DNA of 64,000 nt, from positions 1-64,000 of IMG/VR virus record IMGVR_UViG_3300020470_001313. The stretch is one strand, 5' to 3'. Below the pieces are notes generated by a model, which was not told the origin of the DNA, did not search any database, and saw only the letters and a list, made by a program, of their open reading frames with translations. A program made the translations under genes and the position numbers. Position 1 is the first letter of the stretch. Every line of letters begins with the position of its first letter. Below, piece by piece: positions 6,928-15,670 of the stretch. The DNA comes from a virus.

Positions 6928-7658
6928 CAGATCACTCCTGCTACCTTTAAAAAGTATTGGATACGTGAGTTAACATAGCCACATGCAGTTGCTAGGAATC
7001 CTTTAGTAGCATCACCTTGTATCTCCTCAAACATATACATGTTCAATCGGAAAGCATAGTTTGCCTCTACGATAATAGCATTTACATCTGACTGATCAAC
7101 TGGTATGAAGTTATCTAGGACACTACGATAAGATTCTTTGAATCCTTTCTTGTCTGTTATCTCAGGGAAGTCATAGAATGCTAGACCCTTATCCTTAAGG
7201 TTCAAAGCATTCTTAGTAATGTTACCAAGGATAACACCACCAGATAGATCTCCCATGTAACGTGTGTAATGATGTCCTATCAATAGTTTAGGATTATCAT
7301 GTGCTACTTCTTTAATTCTGTTAATATATTGTTGCGTTGCTTCAGTAGGGTAAATATTTTCTCTCCAATCTTTACCCCAAAAATACTCACAGTCTTCTGC
7401 TAATGCTTTCTGCCTAGGTAGACCGTTTAATCTCATCGGTCCTACAAAGTCATCCTCTTTAAGTCTTTCTACTTCAGTCTCCATAGCATGATAGATGAAA
7501 TAGAAGTTGGCAATCAATTGTTTGTAGTTCTCTTCACTGACAACACCACGTAAGTATGATGCAACGAACTTAGTATTCTCAGCAGCAGTGTGAGACTTCT
7601 TAGTTCCTGCTTTAAGTTGCTTAGAAAAATCAGGGATTCTTTTCTTCATAGTAGGCAT
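6927..7658 (-). CDS. ho1: Heme oxygenase
   Basis: LKAGTKKSHTAAEN (proximal His), HHYTRYMGDLSGG, EANYAFRLNM. Confidence 0.97.
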   Translation of the reverse strand: MPTMKKRIPDFSKQLKAGTKKSHTAAENTKFVASYLRGVVSEENYKQLIANFYFIYHAMETEVERLKEDDFVGPMRLNGLPRQKALAEDCEYFWGKDWRENIYPTEATQQYINRIKEVAHDNPKLLIGHHYTRYMGDLSGGVILGNITKNALNLKDKGLAFYDFPEITDKKGFKESYRSVLDNFIPVDQSDVNAIIVEANYAFRLNMYMFEEIQGDATKGFLATACGYVNSRIQYFLKVAGVI

Positions 7659-7779
7659 AAATATTTGTTAAATGTATCAGGGAATACTGACACAAGTTGT
7701 CTAAATAATAGCAGAATTAGGGATCAACAAGATGTACCCAAATTTCTATATTATGATTGTCCACTGACGGAGGAGAAAG

Positions 7780-7941
7780 ATGCATAACATAGTCTCACAT
7801 AATAATTTAGCAGAATGGAATCACATGGATCATGCTTTCTCTAGCGATGATCAAAAATTAAATGATTACTACGAATGCTTAATTGAATGTGCAGACGATC
7901 AAAGTTCATGCAAACGTGTGTGTAAGGAAATCTTACTTTAA
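7780..7941 (+). CDS. Small four-Cys protein (53 aa, not in ORF track)
   Basis: MHNIVSHNNLAEWNHMDHAFSSDDQKLNDYYECLIECADDQSSCKRVCKEILL; GGAGGAG RBS, TAAATA at 7702-7707, downstream terminator. Confidence 0.8.
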   Translation: MHNIVSHNNLAEWNHMDHAFSSDDQKLNDYYECLIECADDQSSCKRVCKEILL

Positions 7942-7967
7942 GAGACAAATGAACTCAAGTTAATAGT

Positions 7968-7998
7968 TTTTATAAGACCCCTTCGGGGGTCTTTTTTT
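7968..7998. terminator. Intrinsic terminator between convergent genes
   Basis: AAGACCCC-TTCG-GGGGTCTT followed by a T-run. Confidence 0.9.
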
Positions 7999-8200
7999 AA
8001 TGCACTTCCAAGTATGGGTAGTAATCTTTTTCAACTTCTACTATCACCTCTTCAAGAACACGGTTGATACTTTCAGACATCAAACGATATCCAGTACCAA
8101 CATACATTTGTCCAGCAAATACGGATACAGTAGCAGCACCCCAGAAGATATAATACCATCTGGATTTAACTTGATGTCGTTGCTTCTTCTTCTTGTTCAT
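7997..8200 (-). CDS. Small membrane protein
   Basis: Basic N-terminus plus one TM helix. Confidence 0.65.
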   Translation of the reverse strand: MNKKKKQRHQVKSRWYYIFWGAATVSVFAGQMYVGTGYRLMSESINRVLEEVIVEVEKDYYPYLEVH

Positions 8201-8337
8201 AAAATAATTGCACCAATAATAACACCCTTAGCAAAGGATACACATAACATTTGGTAGTCAGTCAAGTTAAACTTATCCTGAAACCTTCGTGCCATACGAC
8301 GATCCCAATCAACTACCTTATCAAAGTATTTTTTCAT
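8197..8337 (-). CDS. Small membrane protein (46 aa, not in track)
   Basis: MKKYFDKVVDWDRRMARRFQDKFNLTDYQMLCVSFAKGVIIGAIIL; ATGA overlaps at both ends. Confidence 0.7.
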   Translation of the reverse strand: MKKYFDKVVDWDRRMARRFQDKFNLTDYQMLCVSFAKGVIIGAIIL

Positions 8338-8552
8338 AGATTCATTTCCTCTCCTAGGTTATCTATAAACTCACGACGCTGCTCCCATGTCTGTCCACTG
8401 GTACTACCTTTGCATGGATTAATGCATTTGTCAGTACCATATTCATTACATAGGAGACCAGCAAGATCGTGAGGACAACCTATTTTACCATTACTCCAGT
8501 ACAATTGTCCAGCTATCCACTGTGCTTGACAGCAAGGACAGATCTTAATCAT
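8334..8552 (-). CDS. Cys-rich hypothetical protein
   Basis: CPCC plus four further Cys in 72 aa. Confidence 0.65.
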   Translation of the reverse strand: MIKICPCCQAQWIAGQLYWSNGKIGCPHDLAGLLCNEYGTDKCINPCKGSTSGQTWEQRREFIDNLGEEMNL

Positions 8553-8767
8553 CCTTTGAAGTATTTGTCTATAACTTCAACCTGATCATGGTAACGTGCA
8601 ATCTTATCCAATTCAGTTTGAATTGCTTCAGTAATATCTGAATGCTCTCCGATACCAGCAGGATGTTCTAAGTAAACGTTAACGTTTGCTCTATGTTTGG
8701 CGATCTCACCTTGTGCGTGAGCTTTCACTGCCGCTAATAATTGTTCTCTCATGTGTAACATACTCAA
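8549..8767 (-). CDS. Hypothetical protein
   Basis: 72 aa, PAGIGEH motif, translationally coupled. Confidence 0.75.
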   Translation of the reverse strand: MSMLHMREQLLAAVKAHAQGEIAKHRANVNVYLEHPAGIGEHSDITEAIQTELDKIARYHDQVEVIDKYFKG

Positions 8768-8955
8768 TAGTGATATTCATCTAATATATCTAGGGCATTA
8801 TTCAATGCCAGTTGTGCTGCCCATCTCTCTTTATCATCCCACTCAGGATACCATGACTTGCTATCTATATTACGTTTAAGTTTCAGTAAACGTGCAGTCA
8901 TGTCCACTTTGGACAGTCGGCCATTCACTTTAGGGACTCCTGAACTTTTTGCCAA
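8764..8955 (-). CDS. Hypothetical protein
   Basis: Coupled ORF downstream of talC. Confidence 0.6.
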   Translation of the reverse strand: MAKSSGVPKVNGRLSKVDMTARLLKLKRNIDSKSWYPEWDDKERWAAQLALNNALDILDEYHY

Positions 8956-9584
8956 TCAGCATCAAAGAGTTCTAAACCCTTATCAGTTAGAATATGTTTG
9001 TACATTCCTTTGAATACCTTAATGGGTAGTGTACAAATGTCAGCACCATATTCAAATGCTCTACCTACATCTCTTACATTTCTTATAGATGCTGCTAAGA
9101 TCTCAGTACCTTCCCACTTCTGTTTAGCAAACACATTAGCAATATCTTTTACTAGGCATAACCCACCAAATGAATTGTCATCTACACGTCCTACAAATGG
9201 TGACACATACTTAGCACCTGCCTTAGCAGCAAGGATTGCCTGTGTCTGAGAAAATACTAAGGTTACATTAACTGGTATATCATTGTTAGATAATTCTTTG
9301 CATACCATCAGACCTTCTGGGGTGCATGGTACTTTGATTGTAATGTTTGGTCCTATATTCACATACTGTTCTGCCATCTCTAGCATCTCCCACTGATCAC
9401 CTATAACTTCAGCAGATATAGAAGCATTCCAAGGAAATACATTAGAGATCTCTTTGATTACTTCCACTGGATCTCTACCTGACTTAGCCATCAGTGAGGG
9501 ATTGGTGGTCACACCATCAATCAAACCAGTATCAAATAACTCCGTGATTTCTTTAGTATCTGAAGAGTCCAGAAAAATTTTCAT
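8925..9584 (-). CDS. talC: Transaldolase (TalC/FSA family)
   Basis: MKIFLDS, GVTTNPSL, ITIKVP (Schiff-base Lys), YVSPFVGR, ILAASIR. Confidence 0.97.
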   Translation of the reverse strand: MKIFLDSSDTKEITELFDTGLIDGVTTNPSLMAKSGRDPVEVIKEISNVFPWNASISAEVIGDQWEMLEMAEQYVNIGPNITIKVPCTPEGLMVCKELSNNDIPVNVTLVFSQTQAILAAKAGAKYVSPFVGRVDDNSFGGLCLVKDIANVFAKQKWEGTEILAASIRNVRDVGRAFEYGADICTLPIKVFKGMYKHILTDKGLELFDADWQKVQESLK

Positions 9585-9618
9585 GACATCTCGCGTTTCG
9601 TAGTATTTATTGTAACAT

Positions 9619-9647
9619 AAAAAAAGAGACCCTGCAATGGGTCTCTT
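9619..9647 (-). terminator. Intrinsic terminator after DUF4278 gene
   Basis: AAGAGACCC-loop-GGGTCTCTT followed by a T-run on minus strand. Confidence 0.8.
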
Positions 9648-9667
9648 GTATTCATTTCATAACTTAG

Positions 9668-9793
9668 TTATGAAGCCGTCGCAAGTTCCTTTTTGAACTT
9701 CACACCACGATAGGCCAGTTCTGGCTTTAATTTCGTAGCTTTCTTTTGCTTGTCGGTGTCATATTTAACACCACGGTATGTGACTTGTGCCAT
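9668..9793 (-). CDS. DUF4278-type small basic protein (41 aa, not in track)
   Basis: MAQVTYRGVKYDTDKQKKATKLKPELAYRGVKFKKELATAS; two YRGV repeats; AGGAG RBS at 9805-9801. Confidence 0.85.
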   Translation of the reverse strand: MAQVTYRGVKYDTDKQKKATKLKPELAYRGVKFKKELATAS

Positions 9794-9826
9794 GATAGTA
9801 CTCCTGTAGGATTAGGTTTATGAAAC

Positions 9827-10047
9827 CGTTCCTTCAGTCGGCATTTGCGTCCCAACATCCGTCCGTTTCTTCTTTCACAATCTGAATCATCTCAGATCGT
9901 GTCTCTTCTTCCACCTTATACTTACTCATTTTATCAACGAGTAGGTGTGCGTCAGAACAGGATAAAGAAGTAGCGATTAAAATAGGAATCATGGGATGAA
10001 CGTATCCGTTCCGTGTCGGCTTACTTGCGTCTCCTTAGAGATGAACG
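9827..10047 (-). ncRNA. Tandem glnA-type (glutamine riboswitch-like) aptamers
   Basis: Aptamer 1 (10047-10007): CGTTC-A-TCTC-TAAG-GAGA-CGCAAGTAAGCCGACACG-GAACG. Aptamer 2 (10002-9827): CGTTC-A-TCCCA-[long loop]-TGGGA-CGCAAATGCCGACTGAAG-GAACG. Confidence 0.7.
9834..9992 (-). CDS. 52-aa ORF nested in second aptamer
   Basis: MIPILIATSLSCSDAHLLVDKMSKYKVEEETRSEMIQIVKEETDGCWDANAD, open from the P2 5' strand to the TGA in the aptamer junction. Confidence 0.65.
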   Translation of the reverse strand: MIPILIATSLSCSDAHLLVDKMSKYKVEEETRSEMIQIVKEETDGCWDANAD

Positions 10048-10074
10048 TTAAAAGGTATGTTAGCATACCCACAT

Positions 10075-10209
10075 CTATTTATCAATCTTTTTTGTATCTT
10101 TCGTAACATTTTTCTTTCCTGCTTCCCATAACATCATCAAACCCTCCTTTTCTAAGGGTGATGTGTCAAATTCACTTAAGAGTTCTTCATATTTCTCTTC
10201 CGCTTTCAT
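10075..10209 (-). CDS. Hypothetical protein (44 aa)
   Basis: MKAEEKYEELLSEFDTSPLEKEGLMMLWEAGKKNVTKDTKKIDK fills the intergenic gap. Confidence 0.45.
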   Translation of the reverse strand: MKAEEKYEELLSEFDTSPLEKEGLMMLWEAGKKNVTKDTKKIDK

Positions 10210-10231
10210 CTGATACTCTTCTGTTAATGGT

Positions 10232-10825
10232 CTATTTTGCTCCACTTGAACTTGCCTCCCACATGAACCAACCTGTTACGATGTATTTAGTTTCCTTTGG
10301 AGCAGTCACACCCTTGTGTCTATGGGTATATCCCGCAGGAAATAATACAGTCTTACCTTTTATTGGTTGTACTGTATAGTCTTGATAAAGGAAATGAGTT
10401 CCACCTCCTTCTTTAACAGTATTTAAATAAGTTATCCAAGCAACTACTCTACCTTGGTCAGTACCCATAGCATCAAAATGCTCTTCATAGAATGCTTCAC
10501 CTGGTGCATAGACTTGGAACTTAGGATGACTATGGAATCCTAATGGTGCCCAGAACAAATATCTTTCAGAGTAATCTTTAATACACTCCATCAAGTGTGT
10601 TCTATACTCCATGTCCTTATACTCAGGACTATACTCTATCTCTGCCTTGGGTATATCATTAAAAAATAAATCAGTACACTTTTTAAACTCTTCATTAACG
10701 TGTGGTACATTACCTACAGTACCAGGTCTACATGCTTTACCAGTTGCTTCTACTGTATCATATAGTTTGATAAGTCCATCACATACAGACTCATCTACAG
10801 TGTACTCAATTACATGTTCAATCAT
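10232..10825 (-). CDS. 2OG-Fe(II) oxygenase
   Basis: EHFD, WITYLNTVKEGGGT, YTHRHKG, KYIVTGW. Confidence 0.9.
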   Translation of the reverse strand: MIEHVIEYTVDESVCDGLIKLYDTVEATGKACRPGTVGNVPHVNEEFKKCTDLFFNDIPKAEIEYSPEYKDMEYRTHLMECIKDYSERYLFWAPLGFHSHPKFQVYAPGEAFYEEHFDAMGTDQGRVVAWITYLNTVKEGGGTHFLYQDYTVQPIKGKTVLFPAGYTHRHKGVTAPKETKYIVTGWFMWEASSSGAK

Positions 10826-11982
10826 AATGAAAATCCAGCAAACATATCTTTCTCAACATCCTGCTTGATACCACCTACAACATAAGATTCAATCTCAGTT
10901 TCTTGTGGTGCATTCTGTTGTCCTTTGCTATTTAACCAATGGTCTGTCCAAGGTAATGGATTATTCTTAATGGGAACATCATACAATGGTTTTAATCCTA
11001 TGGATCTCATACGTTTGTTAGCAATCCATTCAACATACTGACTCAACAATCTCTCGTTCAGTCCTATCATTGTACCACCTTCAAACAAATACTCTGCCCA
11101 CTCCTTCTCTTCATCAACACATCTCTTAAACATTTCAATGACATTATCTTCTTCTTCCTTAGCAATTTCAATCATCTCTGGGTCATCACCCTTTCTCCAA
11201 TTGTTAATTATGTTTTGGGTGAGGGCGAGGTGTTGAGATTCATCTCTGGCAATGAGCGATAGAATCTTAGCTGACCCTTCCATAAACTTAAGTTCACCAA
11301 ATGCAAAACTACAAGCAAAAGAAACATAGAAGCGTACGCCTTCCAAGATGTTAACATTAGCAACTGCCTTATACAAACTTCTCTTTAGATCTTTACGAGT
11401 CCACACTGCATTAATATGATCCTTCCAATCAGGCTTCCAGTTATTACTCTGACCATACTCATTTGCTACGTTAATGAACTCATCATACGATCTAGTAACA
11501 GACTCTGCTCTCTTTAATATTCTATCATCATCTAGGATAGTATCAAATACCTCAGCAGCATCTGAATATACATTCTTAATAATATATGTATAGGATCTGG
11601 AGTGAATCATCTCCATGAAACCCCACACTTCCATACAGGATTCTAGTTCTGGTAAAGAACAGTAAGGTAGGAATGCCATACCTGGTGCTCTACCTTGTAC
11701 ACTATCTAACATGATCTGATACTTCAGATTAGATGTAAAGATGTGCTTCTGTGCCTCAGTCAATTGACCATAATCAGCACGGTCTTTCTGGAGTGATACC
11801 TCTTCAGGTCTCCAGAAGTAACCTAGTTGTTGCTTTGTTAAATTTTCAAATGCAGGATACTTAAAGTTATCGTATCTCTGCACACCTAACGGAGCACCAA
11901 AAAACATAGGTTGCTTCTTGGTATTAGTCTTCATAGTATTAAAGACAGTCATGCCTTTAATATCAGACGGCGCAGCTGTCAC
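10822..11982 (-). CDS. nrdB: Ribonucleotide reductase class Ia beta subunit (start uncertain, 11952-11982)
   Basis: FWRPEE, LDSVQGR, EMIHSRSY, EGVRFY, RDESQH, APQETEIESY. Confidence 0.98.
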   Translation of the reverse strand: MTAAPSDIKGMTVFNTMKTNTKKQPMFFGAPLGVQRYDNFKYPAFENLTKQQLGYFWRPEEVSLQKDRADYGQLTEAQKHIFTSNLKYQIMLDSVQGRAPGMAFLPYCSLPELESCMEVWGFMEMIHSRSYTYIIKNVYSDAAEVFDTILDDDRILKRAESVTRSYDEFINVANEYGQSNNWKPDWKDHINAVWTRKDLKRSLYKAVANVNILEGVRFYVSFACSFAFGELKFMEGSAKILSLIARDESQHLALTQNIINNWRKGDDPEMIEIAKEEEDNVIEMFKRCVDEEKEWAEYLFEGGTMIGLNERLLSQYVEWIANKRMRSIGLKPLYDVPIKNNPLPWTDHWLNSKGQQNAPQETEIESYVVGGIKQDVEKDMFAGFSL

Positions 11983-14284
11983 AGATCTCCTCCTCAGTAG
12001 TAAGAATGTTTTCAATTAAATCATCAACGTTCTCTACGTTGTCATGCCAACCCATTGGATGAGTCGGTTCATCTATATCTTTCTTAGCATCATATGTATT
12101 CTGATAGTAAGAAGTCTTCCAACCATACTTGTAACTAGTTAGTAGATCATTTGCCATTACACTAATAGGAACTTCAGAGTCAGGAAAATGCTCTGGATTA
12201 TAGGACCAGTTTCCAGAAATTGCTTGATCAAAGAACTTCTGCATAACAGCAACAATATTAATATACCCAGTATTCCCAGGCATATCCCACAGCAACGTAT
12301 AATTGTTTTTAAGTGTCTGATATGATGGGACAATTTGTTTTAGTGGTCCTTTCTTACTCTTCTTAACGGACAAGTAGTCTCTAGGTGGTTCAATTCCATT
12401 TGTTGCGTTTGACACAACGGAGCTGCTCTCCGAAGGCATTTGTGCGGACAATGTGCTGTGCCGTAACCCATAGGTTCGTATGTCTTGCCGTAAATTTCCC
12501 CAATCAAGATGAAGGTCATTCGGAACTAACTCATCAACGTCCTGCTTATATGTATCTATAGGTAGAATTCCATCAGCGTATTTAGTACTCTTAAATCCTT
12601 CACATGCTCCCTTCTCTTGTGCAACTTTGTTAGATGACTTAAGAAGATAGTATTGAAAATACTCTGTGAGAGTGTGAACTAATGACCATGCTGCTGGATC
12701 ATCATACTTAACACCTTGCTTGGCAAGATAATGTGCTAGTCCTATGAACCCTACACCAAGAGAACGTCTTGCCTTGGTTGATTCTTCAGCAGCAACTACA
12801 GGATAGTTCTGATAATCAATCAACTCTTCTAGTCCACGTACTGATAGGTCACAGAGTTCTTCCATGTCCTCAAGTTTATTCAACTTACCTACGTTAATAG
12901 CAGACAGTATACACAATGCTATCTCACCTTCATGGTCATCAATATGATCAATAGGTTTAGTAGGTAGTGTAATCTCTTGACATAGATTACTCATAGTAAC
13001 CTTGTCTTTAAATGATGAATGACTATTACAATGGTCAATGTTCATCAAATATATACGTCCTGTCTCTGCTCTCTCCTTAAGGAGATCACCAATCAACTCT
13101 TGAGCATTTACTTTTGTACATGGTACTCCAGCATTTTCATATCTTACGTATAGATCATCAAAATTCTCTGTACCAAAACTATCATACAACCCTGGCACAT
13201 CATGAGGAGAAAAAAGCGTAATCTCCTCGTTCTTAATGAAGCGTTCATAAAATAACTTACTTAACTGGATGGAGTAGTCAAGTTTTCTGACTCGGTTATC
13301 TTCGGTTCCTTTGTTGTTTTTGAGGACGAGGATGTCTCTGATTTCTTGGTGCCAAATAGGGAAGTGGACAGTTGCTGAACCCCCTCGGATGCCGTTTTGA
13401 GTGCAGCATCTGACAGTTGACTCAAACTTTTTGAGAAATGGGACAACACCTGTATGTTGAACTTCTCCGCCTCTGATTTTACTGTTGATTCCTCTGATGC
13501 GGCCCGCGTTAATACCGATACCAGCACGTTGTGCGACGTATTTGCCAATAGCCATATCACTGCTAAAGATACTATTGAGGGTGTCATCAACATCAACCAG
13601 AACACAAGATGCAAATTGACGAATAGGGGTTCGTACTCCCGCCATGACTGGCGTGGGGATGTTGAGTCTGTGCTTGGAGATTGCGTCGTAGTATCGTCTG
13701 ACATAATTAAGTCTAGTTTCTATAGGATAATTTCTAAACAGTGTAGCTGCAATGAGACAATACATGAACTGTGGTGTCTCGTAAACCTTTCCAGTGCTAC
13801 GATCTTGTACAAGATATTTATCTACAACCTGTCTAAGACCTGCGTAAGTAAACAAAAAGTCACGATCATGGTCAATGAATGAATTTATTTCAACCCACTC
13901 TTCTTCTGAATAATATGAGGGCAACTCCTCATCATACACACCACTACTTATACCCTTCTTAAGATGCTCTAGTATTGGAGGAGGATTATCAGGATGGCAA
14001 CCATACACACCCTTGCGAAGTCCAAATAATAACAGTCTTGCTGCTACAAATTGGTAGTTAGGATTGTCTAATGAGATCAGATCATTAGCAGACCTTATTA
14101 GAATCTCTTGAATATCACAAGTTTTAATACCATCATACCATTGCAGGTTGGCATTCATTTCAACTTGCGACTCAGACACACCTGCAAGACCTCTGCAAGC
14201 GTGTTCTACCATTTTATGTACTTTCTCTAGGTTGATCTGTTCAACGCTGTTGTTGCGCTTTACAACCTTAATTGTTCCATTCAT
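11963..14284 (-). CDS. nrdA: Ribonucleotide reductase class Ia alpha subunit
   Basis: ATP-cone N-terminus, QFASCVL, SNLCQEI, GWKTSYY, C-terminal CDSC. Confidence 0.99.
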   Translation of the reverse strand: MNGTIKVVKRNNSVEQINLEKVHKMVEHACRGLAGVSESQVEMNANLQWYDGIKTCDIQEILIRSANDLISLDNPNYQFVAARLLLFGLRKGVYGCHPDNPPPILEHLKKGISSGVYDEELPSYYSEEEWVEINSFIDHDRDFLFTYAGLRQVVDKYLVQDRSTGKVYETPQFMYCLIAATLFRNYPIETRLNYVRRYYDAISKHRLNIPTPVMAGVRTPIRQFASCVLVDVDDTLNSIFSSDMAIGKYVAQRAGIGINAGRIRGINSKIRGGEVQHTGVVPFLKKFESTVRCCTQNGIRGGSATVHFPIWHQEIRDILVLKNNKGTEDNRVRKLDYSIQLSKLFYERFIKNEEITLFSPHDVPGLYDSFGTENFDDLYVRYENAGVPCTKVNAQELIGDLLKERAETGRIYLMNIDHCNSHSSFKDKVTMSNLCQEITLPTKPIDHIDDHEGEIALCILSAINVGKLNKLEDMEELCDLSVRGLEELIDYQNYPVVAAEESTKARRSLGVGFIGLAHYLAKQGVKYDDPAAWSLVHTLTEYFQYYLLKSSNKVAQEKGACEGFKSTKYADGILPIDTYKQDVDELVPNDLHLDWGNLRQDIRTYGLRHSTLSAQMPSESSSVVSNATNGIEPPRDYLSVKKSKKGPLKQIVPSYQTLKNNYTLLWDMPGNTGYINIVAVMQKFFDQAISGNWSYNPEHFPDSEVPISVMANDLLTSYKYGWKTSYYQNTYDAKKDIDEPTHPMGWHDNVENVDDLIENILTTEEEICDSCAV

Positions 14285-15285
14285 ACTTTCTTCCAATCAT
14301 TAAGGGTGAGTTGTGCTTTAAGTCCGCTAAAGGTATTTGATTCTACCACATCCTGAACCTTATGTCCAGCGAGTACCATATCATTTATGTCCTTCTCCTC
14401 AAGATACTTTGGCCATATTACAATCTTAAACCCTTTGTCTATTACCTTTTGCATTCGGTTAATGATCTGTTCGTTACGTGGTTCGTTGTCGTATACAAAC
14501 ACGATTCGTTTTCCTTCTGCGAATGACCATTCAACGTCAGCACCTACCATAGCAATGGCATTGTTTAAAAATAACGAGTCAATTGGTCCTTCAGTGACAT
14601 AAAGGGTTCTGTTATATGAGGAGTGATTTAAACCGTAGATCTTCGTCTTCTCATCATCCAAAATTACGGTGACATACCGCATCTTATCTGTGGGATCTAG
14701 GGATCTACCTTGGAATCCAAACCAAGAACCATCCTCTATCAACGGTATGATGACACGAGGATGGTCGTACTTTAGACTCTCATCTGAGTATGTATATTTC
14801 TGGGTGTTAACCCATGCCTGAAACTGTTCAACATAAAATAATTCACTGTGATATTGCTCTGGAATTCCACGTTTCAGGATGTACTCTTTAGCGGGATGTT
14901 CTTTATTTAGCTCGGAAATCTTCGTCAATCCTGTGGGATTTTTAACTGGTTTTGGTTTCCTTGTTTTAAAATTAATCGTAGGATTCTTTATATAACGTCC
15001 CTTACCAGTGAGACCCTCCTTATAGCGTTCCAATACATACTCATCATGTAGATCCAATGCCTGTTCCTTAAGAAAATTGGAAAAAGATCTACCCACGCCA
15101 CAATTATGACACTTGTATATTAAATCAGTTTTTACTCTGATAAAATAACCACGTGCCTTGTTCTTATACTTCTGACTGTCCCCACAATAGGGACATCTAA
15201 AATTCCACAGTCCTTCTTTCTTCCTTACAAATTTATCCAGTCTCCCACTGAGAAGATTCACGTACTTGCTTTCTATGTAGTTCAT
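14281..15285 (-). CDS. g61: DNA primase gp61
   Basis: NFRCPYCGDS...CHNCG Zn finger, TEGPIDSLF, YDNEPRN TOPRIM. Confidence 0.97.
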   Translation of the reverse strand: MNYIESKYVNLLSGRLDKFVRKKEGLWNFRCPYCGDSQKYKNKARGYFIRVKTDLIYKCHNCGVGRSFSNFLKEQALDLHDEYVLERYKEGLTGKGRYIKNPTINFKTRKPKPVKNPTGLTKISELNKEHPAKEYILKRGIPEQYHSELFYVEQFQAWVNTQKYTYSDESLKYDHPRVIIPLIEDGSWFGFQGRSLDPTDKMRYVTVILDDEKTKIYGLNHSSYNRTLYVTEGPIDSLFLNNAIAMVGADVEWSFAEGKRIVFVYDNEPRNEQIINRMQKVIDKGFKIVIWPKYLEEKDINDMVLAGHKVQDVVESNTFSGLKAQLTLNDWKKV

Positions 15286-15670
15286 ACGCAACCTGACTCT
15301 CATATATTCTAGCAGGTTGCTCTGCGTCTGTCAAGGTTCTAATGATTTTTTGTCCGATTGGACTAACGATGACAGATATAATACTAAGAGCACCAAAAAT
15401 AGACCACATCTTCTTTTCCATGACCCTAAGACGGTCATCAACCTTTCGTATGTCTCTTTCACAACCTTTCTTAATCTCCTCTGCTCTACGGTTTACTTCA
15501 CGATGGACACTCTCTATCTTTTCAAAGAGAACACCATCAATCCTGTCCTGCTTGTCCAACTTTTCATTGTGAACAGCAAGAAGTTGCCCCATCTTCGTGG
15601 AGTTTTCCTGGAGAGACTCAACGACCTTCTCCAGTCGTTCAATTATTGCACTATTAATATTCTCAGCCAT
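15233..15670 (-). CDS. Coiled-coil protein with C-terminal TM helix
   Basis: Heptad-rich region followed by WSIFGALSIISVIV. Confidence 0.75.
   Translation of the reverse strand: MAENINSAIIERLEKVVESLQENSTKMGQLLAVHNEKLDKQDRIDGVLFEKIESVHREVNRRAEEIKKGCERDIRKVDDRLRVMEKKMWSIFGALSIISVIVSPIGQKIIRTLTDAEQPARIYESQVAYELHRKQVRESSQWETG

Noticed and set aside
7780-7941. CP12 call for the four-Cys peptide
   Set aside because: Lacks the CP12 AWD_VEEL core and C-terminal Cys-loop/YDD tail
9827-10047. Repeated CGTTCATC...GAACGG units as a CRISPR-like mini-array
   Set aside because: Only two units, better explained as tandem aptamers; no cas genes and no regular repeat-spacer array seen in the window
13261-13882. 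147-aa (-) and 142-aa (+) ORFs inside nrdA
   Set aside because: Alternative-frame shadows within a conserved gene; nrdA is continuous with no sign of an intron or intein
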